A DNA stretch of 64,000 nt, taken from contig NC_086097.1 of NCBI RefSeq assembly GCF_963921235.1, positions 81,966,001-82,030,000 on the forward strand. Reading direction: 5' to 3'. The position numbers and the translations under genes are program-made. How positions within the stretch are numbered: position 1 is the stretch's first letter; each line of letters opens with the position of its first letter. Under the pieces are notes generated by a model that saw only the letters and a list, made by a program, of their open reading frames with translations, made no database searches and was not told where the DNA came from. Source of the stretch: Mobula hypostoma. Taxonomy: Eukaryota. This document shows positions 61,201-64,000 of the stretch, piece by piece.

Positions 61201-64000
61201 CTTTTATTTACCTCTTGTGGGGGTGTGATTTATTTACTAATTACCTCCATTGTGGTTGAGTTCACAAATTGTAAAGTCATTACAACTAGAGTGATTACAG
61301 CAATCTTTTTTTCTTGAGCGTAAGTTTATATAAATATTTGTGCTCAGCACAATTTTGCATTTAATATTTTTTGTTCAGCAGTCCCTTAGTGTATCACTAA
61401 ACTCCAAATGGAAATTTTCAAATGTCAAGATTTAAAATTTAAATACAGCAATTATAGATATTGAAGTTAATTATACTGGGCAGAAATGCTTAAAACTATT
61501 GTGTCAGGATTTTTTCATTCTACTATTGCAATATCCGCTCTTTTATTACAAAAGAACTTGCATTAGATTTGCAATAGCACCCCCCGCCCCCCCATACTTT
61601 GGGCCAGAATTTATTTATTTCACTCTGAAGTGATGTTATTTAAGCTAAATATAGAACAGTTAGTAACCAAATTTAAATTATTTTCATGATATAAATAAAT
61701 ATAAGCAAACTTTGCTTGTAGCTACCAGTTTGAACTCCTAGAGCTGCTGGAATAATATTGTGGAAAGACTGGATCATTTTAGTTTGCCATTCTTTTCAGT
61801 CATGTTTCTTACGAATACCAAGGGTTCTTTTATGTCTATTGATTACAATCTTAGGCGATGCCCAGATTTTAATCATCTATACTCTAATGAGGTGATGAAA
61901 GCGTGCCGATGATGCTATGGGGAAAGAGTTACATGACTGTAATCTGTGAATGATAAAGAATACTCTGTATTTCCAAATTAAGATGATGTATGACTTGGAT
62001 TTGGTGTTGATATCTCTTGTTTAAATGTGCGAGATGGTGCAGTGTATCTTGTACTCCTCAGTCACGGTATAGTAATGTATGAATACAAGAAGTGGTAGAT
62101 GGTGTGTTGATCAAGCTGTTTTGTCCAGGATAACATTGACGTAGTGGTGTTGGAAGTGTCTGAGCTTTGAGAGTATGATGAGTGGCTTGCCACATATTTA
62201 CTCGCTCTCTCTGCTACTCCTAAAGCTGCGAAGTTTATGCAGCTGCTGCAGTTAAGTTTCTGGTCAGTACTGGTGTAGAGGATGTTGATCTGAAGATTTA
62301 GCAATGTTAATGCTGAGTTTCAGATAGAAGTGATTGGATTATCTCGTTGGAGATGGCCACGGTTAGCACCTGTGTTGGGAGTATTACTTGCGACTCAGCA
62401 AATAGCTGAATATTATGTTGGTAGAGGCTATGTGGAGGTAGGGCCTGTCGCACGATTGAAAGGTTTGTAAGCAGAATTCCGATCTCTGCAGTCATCAGTG
62501 TTTCTGTCTGGATGATGTAGCTGACAAAGGTTAGGCCTGGCATGCTGCCCTGACAAACTCTTGCAAGTGTCCTCGGATTATGACAATGTGCTTTCTGCCA
62601 CTACTGTTCATCCTTCCACAAATAACTGGTCACTTGAAAACATTTCTGCCTGGTACGAAATGATTTCAGTTTTACAAAGCAATCCTGATTCACAGGATAA
62701 CATGCCACTTTGGTTATCACTGTGGCCTTAGCTGTAGAACTCAGCTGATGTACTTGCCAGTGCTGTTGACACTCCAGGTATATTTCACTGTCTTTAAAAA
62801 GAACACTGTCTTTCCCTGCACATCTCCTTTGACTTAACCTCTCTCACTTTAAATACGTGTCTTCAAGTATTAAGTATTTCAACAACGGGAAAAAGATACA
62901 GGCTTTCTACTCTTATCTGTGCCTCTCATAACCTTACAGACCTCTATCAGATCTCTCCTGAGCCTCTGCTGCTCCAAAGAAAACAACTTACATTTGTCCA
63001 ACATCTCCTTGTAGCACATGCTCTCTGATTCAGGCAGCATCCTGGTAAACCTCTCCTGCACCCTCTACAAAGCTTTGGCACCCTTGCAATGATGCAGCAA
63101 CCAGAATTTAATGCACTATTCCAGATGTGGCCTAACTGGAGTTTTATAAAGCTGCAAAATAACTTCCTGACTCTTGAACTCAATTCCTTGACTAATGAAG
63201 GCAAGCATGCCATATACTTTCTTTATCAGCTTTCTGTTCTGTTGTAAAAATGTGGCATTACTGAGTTGGCTATTAACAAGTGCTGCTTCATAGTAATGCA
63301 CCATAACTCCTGCTGTGACTAGATAGATTAGAACAGTACTTGGGAAGGTTTGGTTTGCTTTGCTCTGTTGTTTGTCAGCTAGACAAAGCTAGACATTCAC
63401 CTTATCAGGCATCTTGGCTATTTGAATTCTGATGGTCATGATAATCTGATTCTGGAGAAAAGGGAATACACAATCTTTTTTTCCACTCTGCTGTGTTTAA
63501 GTACAGAGAAAATAAATAAACGTCAAGTTCTAACACGATGGTACTTGGACTGTTGAACTTAGTTACTTGAAATCAGCTATCTTTCTATTCTTTTATATGG
63601 GCACTGCAGTGTTAAATTATCCTTAAATTTTTTTTTCACAACTTGGATTTCAGTACAATGTTTGAAGACAGGATAAACAGGATTTGAGCCTGTACTGACA
63701 ATTTTCCAAAAGTTTGAATAATTGAAATTGAGCCTTGCAAGGAAAAACAACCATTGGACTTCTAAACACGAATAAGATGTCGATGGTTTAGTGGGGCTGG
63801 TAGAAGCTTAAAACCCAAACTAGAAGTGTGATTTTAGGATCTTGTGACATTAATTTAAATAGTGCCACTTTTGAGTCAATCTGATCAAAATAATTTGGAA
63901 TGTTGCCAATTGTAAATATTGTCAAAGCATACTGAAATCCATTGAATTTTGGCTTATACTTGTATGAAAATCAAATCTTAAATGTTACTTAGCTACATAA
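58242..64000 (+). other. MAX: MAX intron 2 (partial)
   Basis: No ADKRAHHNALERKRR-coding exon seen before the window end; contains old LINE and Penelope remnants from ~60300. Confidence 0.8.
62790..63230 (-). mobile_element. CR1 3' fragment in the MAX intron
   Basis: MLAFISQGIEFKSQEVILQLYK and QERFTRML. Confidence 0.85.

Noticed and set aside
1..64000. CRISPR arrays, operons or other prokaryotic systems
   Set aside because: No repeat-spacer array or prokaryotic gene organisation; the sequence is vertebrate intergenic and intronic DNA.

Overview
Eukaryotic, transposon-dense vertebrate DNA. The repeat set (CR1/HER1-like LINEs, tRNA-derived V-SINEs, Rex1/Babar-like LINEs, Penelope-like elements) suggests a cartilaginous fish, probably a ray; this is inference. 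The only host gene I recognise is MAX (+ strand): a CpG-rich promoter with three ZNF143/THAP11-type motifs (~57600-57780), coding exon 1 (57968-58003, MSDNDDIEVESD) and the 27-nt exon 2 (58215-58241, EEQPRFQTA). I did not find exon 3 before the window ends. The upstream 57 kb is mostly layered mobile DNA: a complete Gmr1-like Gypsy provirus with a SCAN-like gag and gutted pol (26979-31901, TTGC TSD), a solo LTR of the same family, a one-LTR Gmr1-like pol fragment inside a CR1, a sushi-like Gypsy, a HERO-like RLE LINE end, Tc1/hAT/pogo elements and many LINE fragments. The most notable patterns are decayed hammerhead-ribozyme motifs in Penelope repeats, fold-back Penelope derivatives that invert at that motif, a covarying LTR-terminal hairpin and a structured HERO 3' UTR. 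I found no clearly new gene system. Family names come from motif recognition without searches, and most repeat boundaries are approximate.
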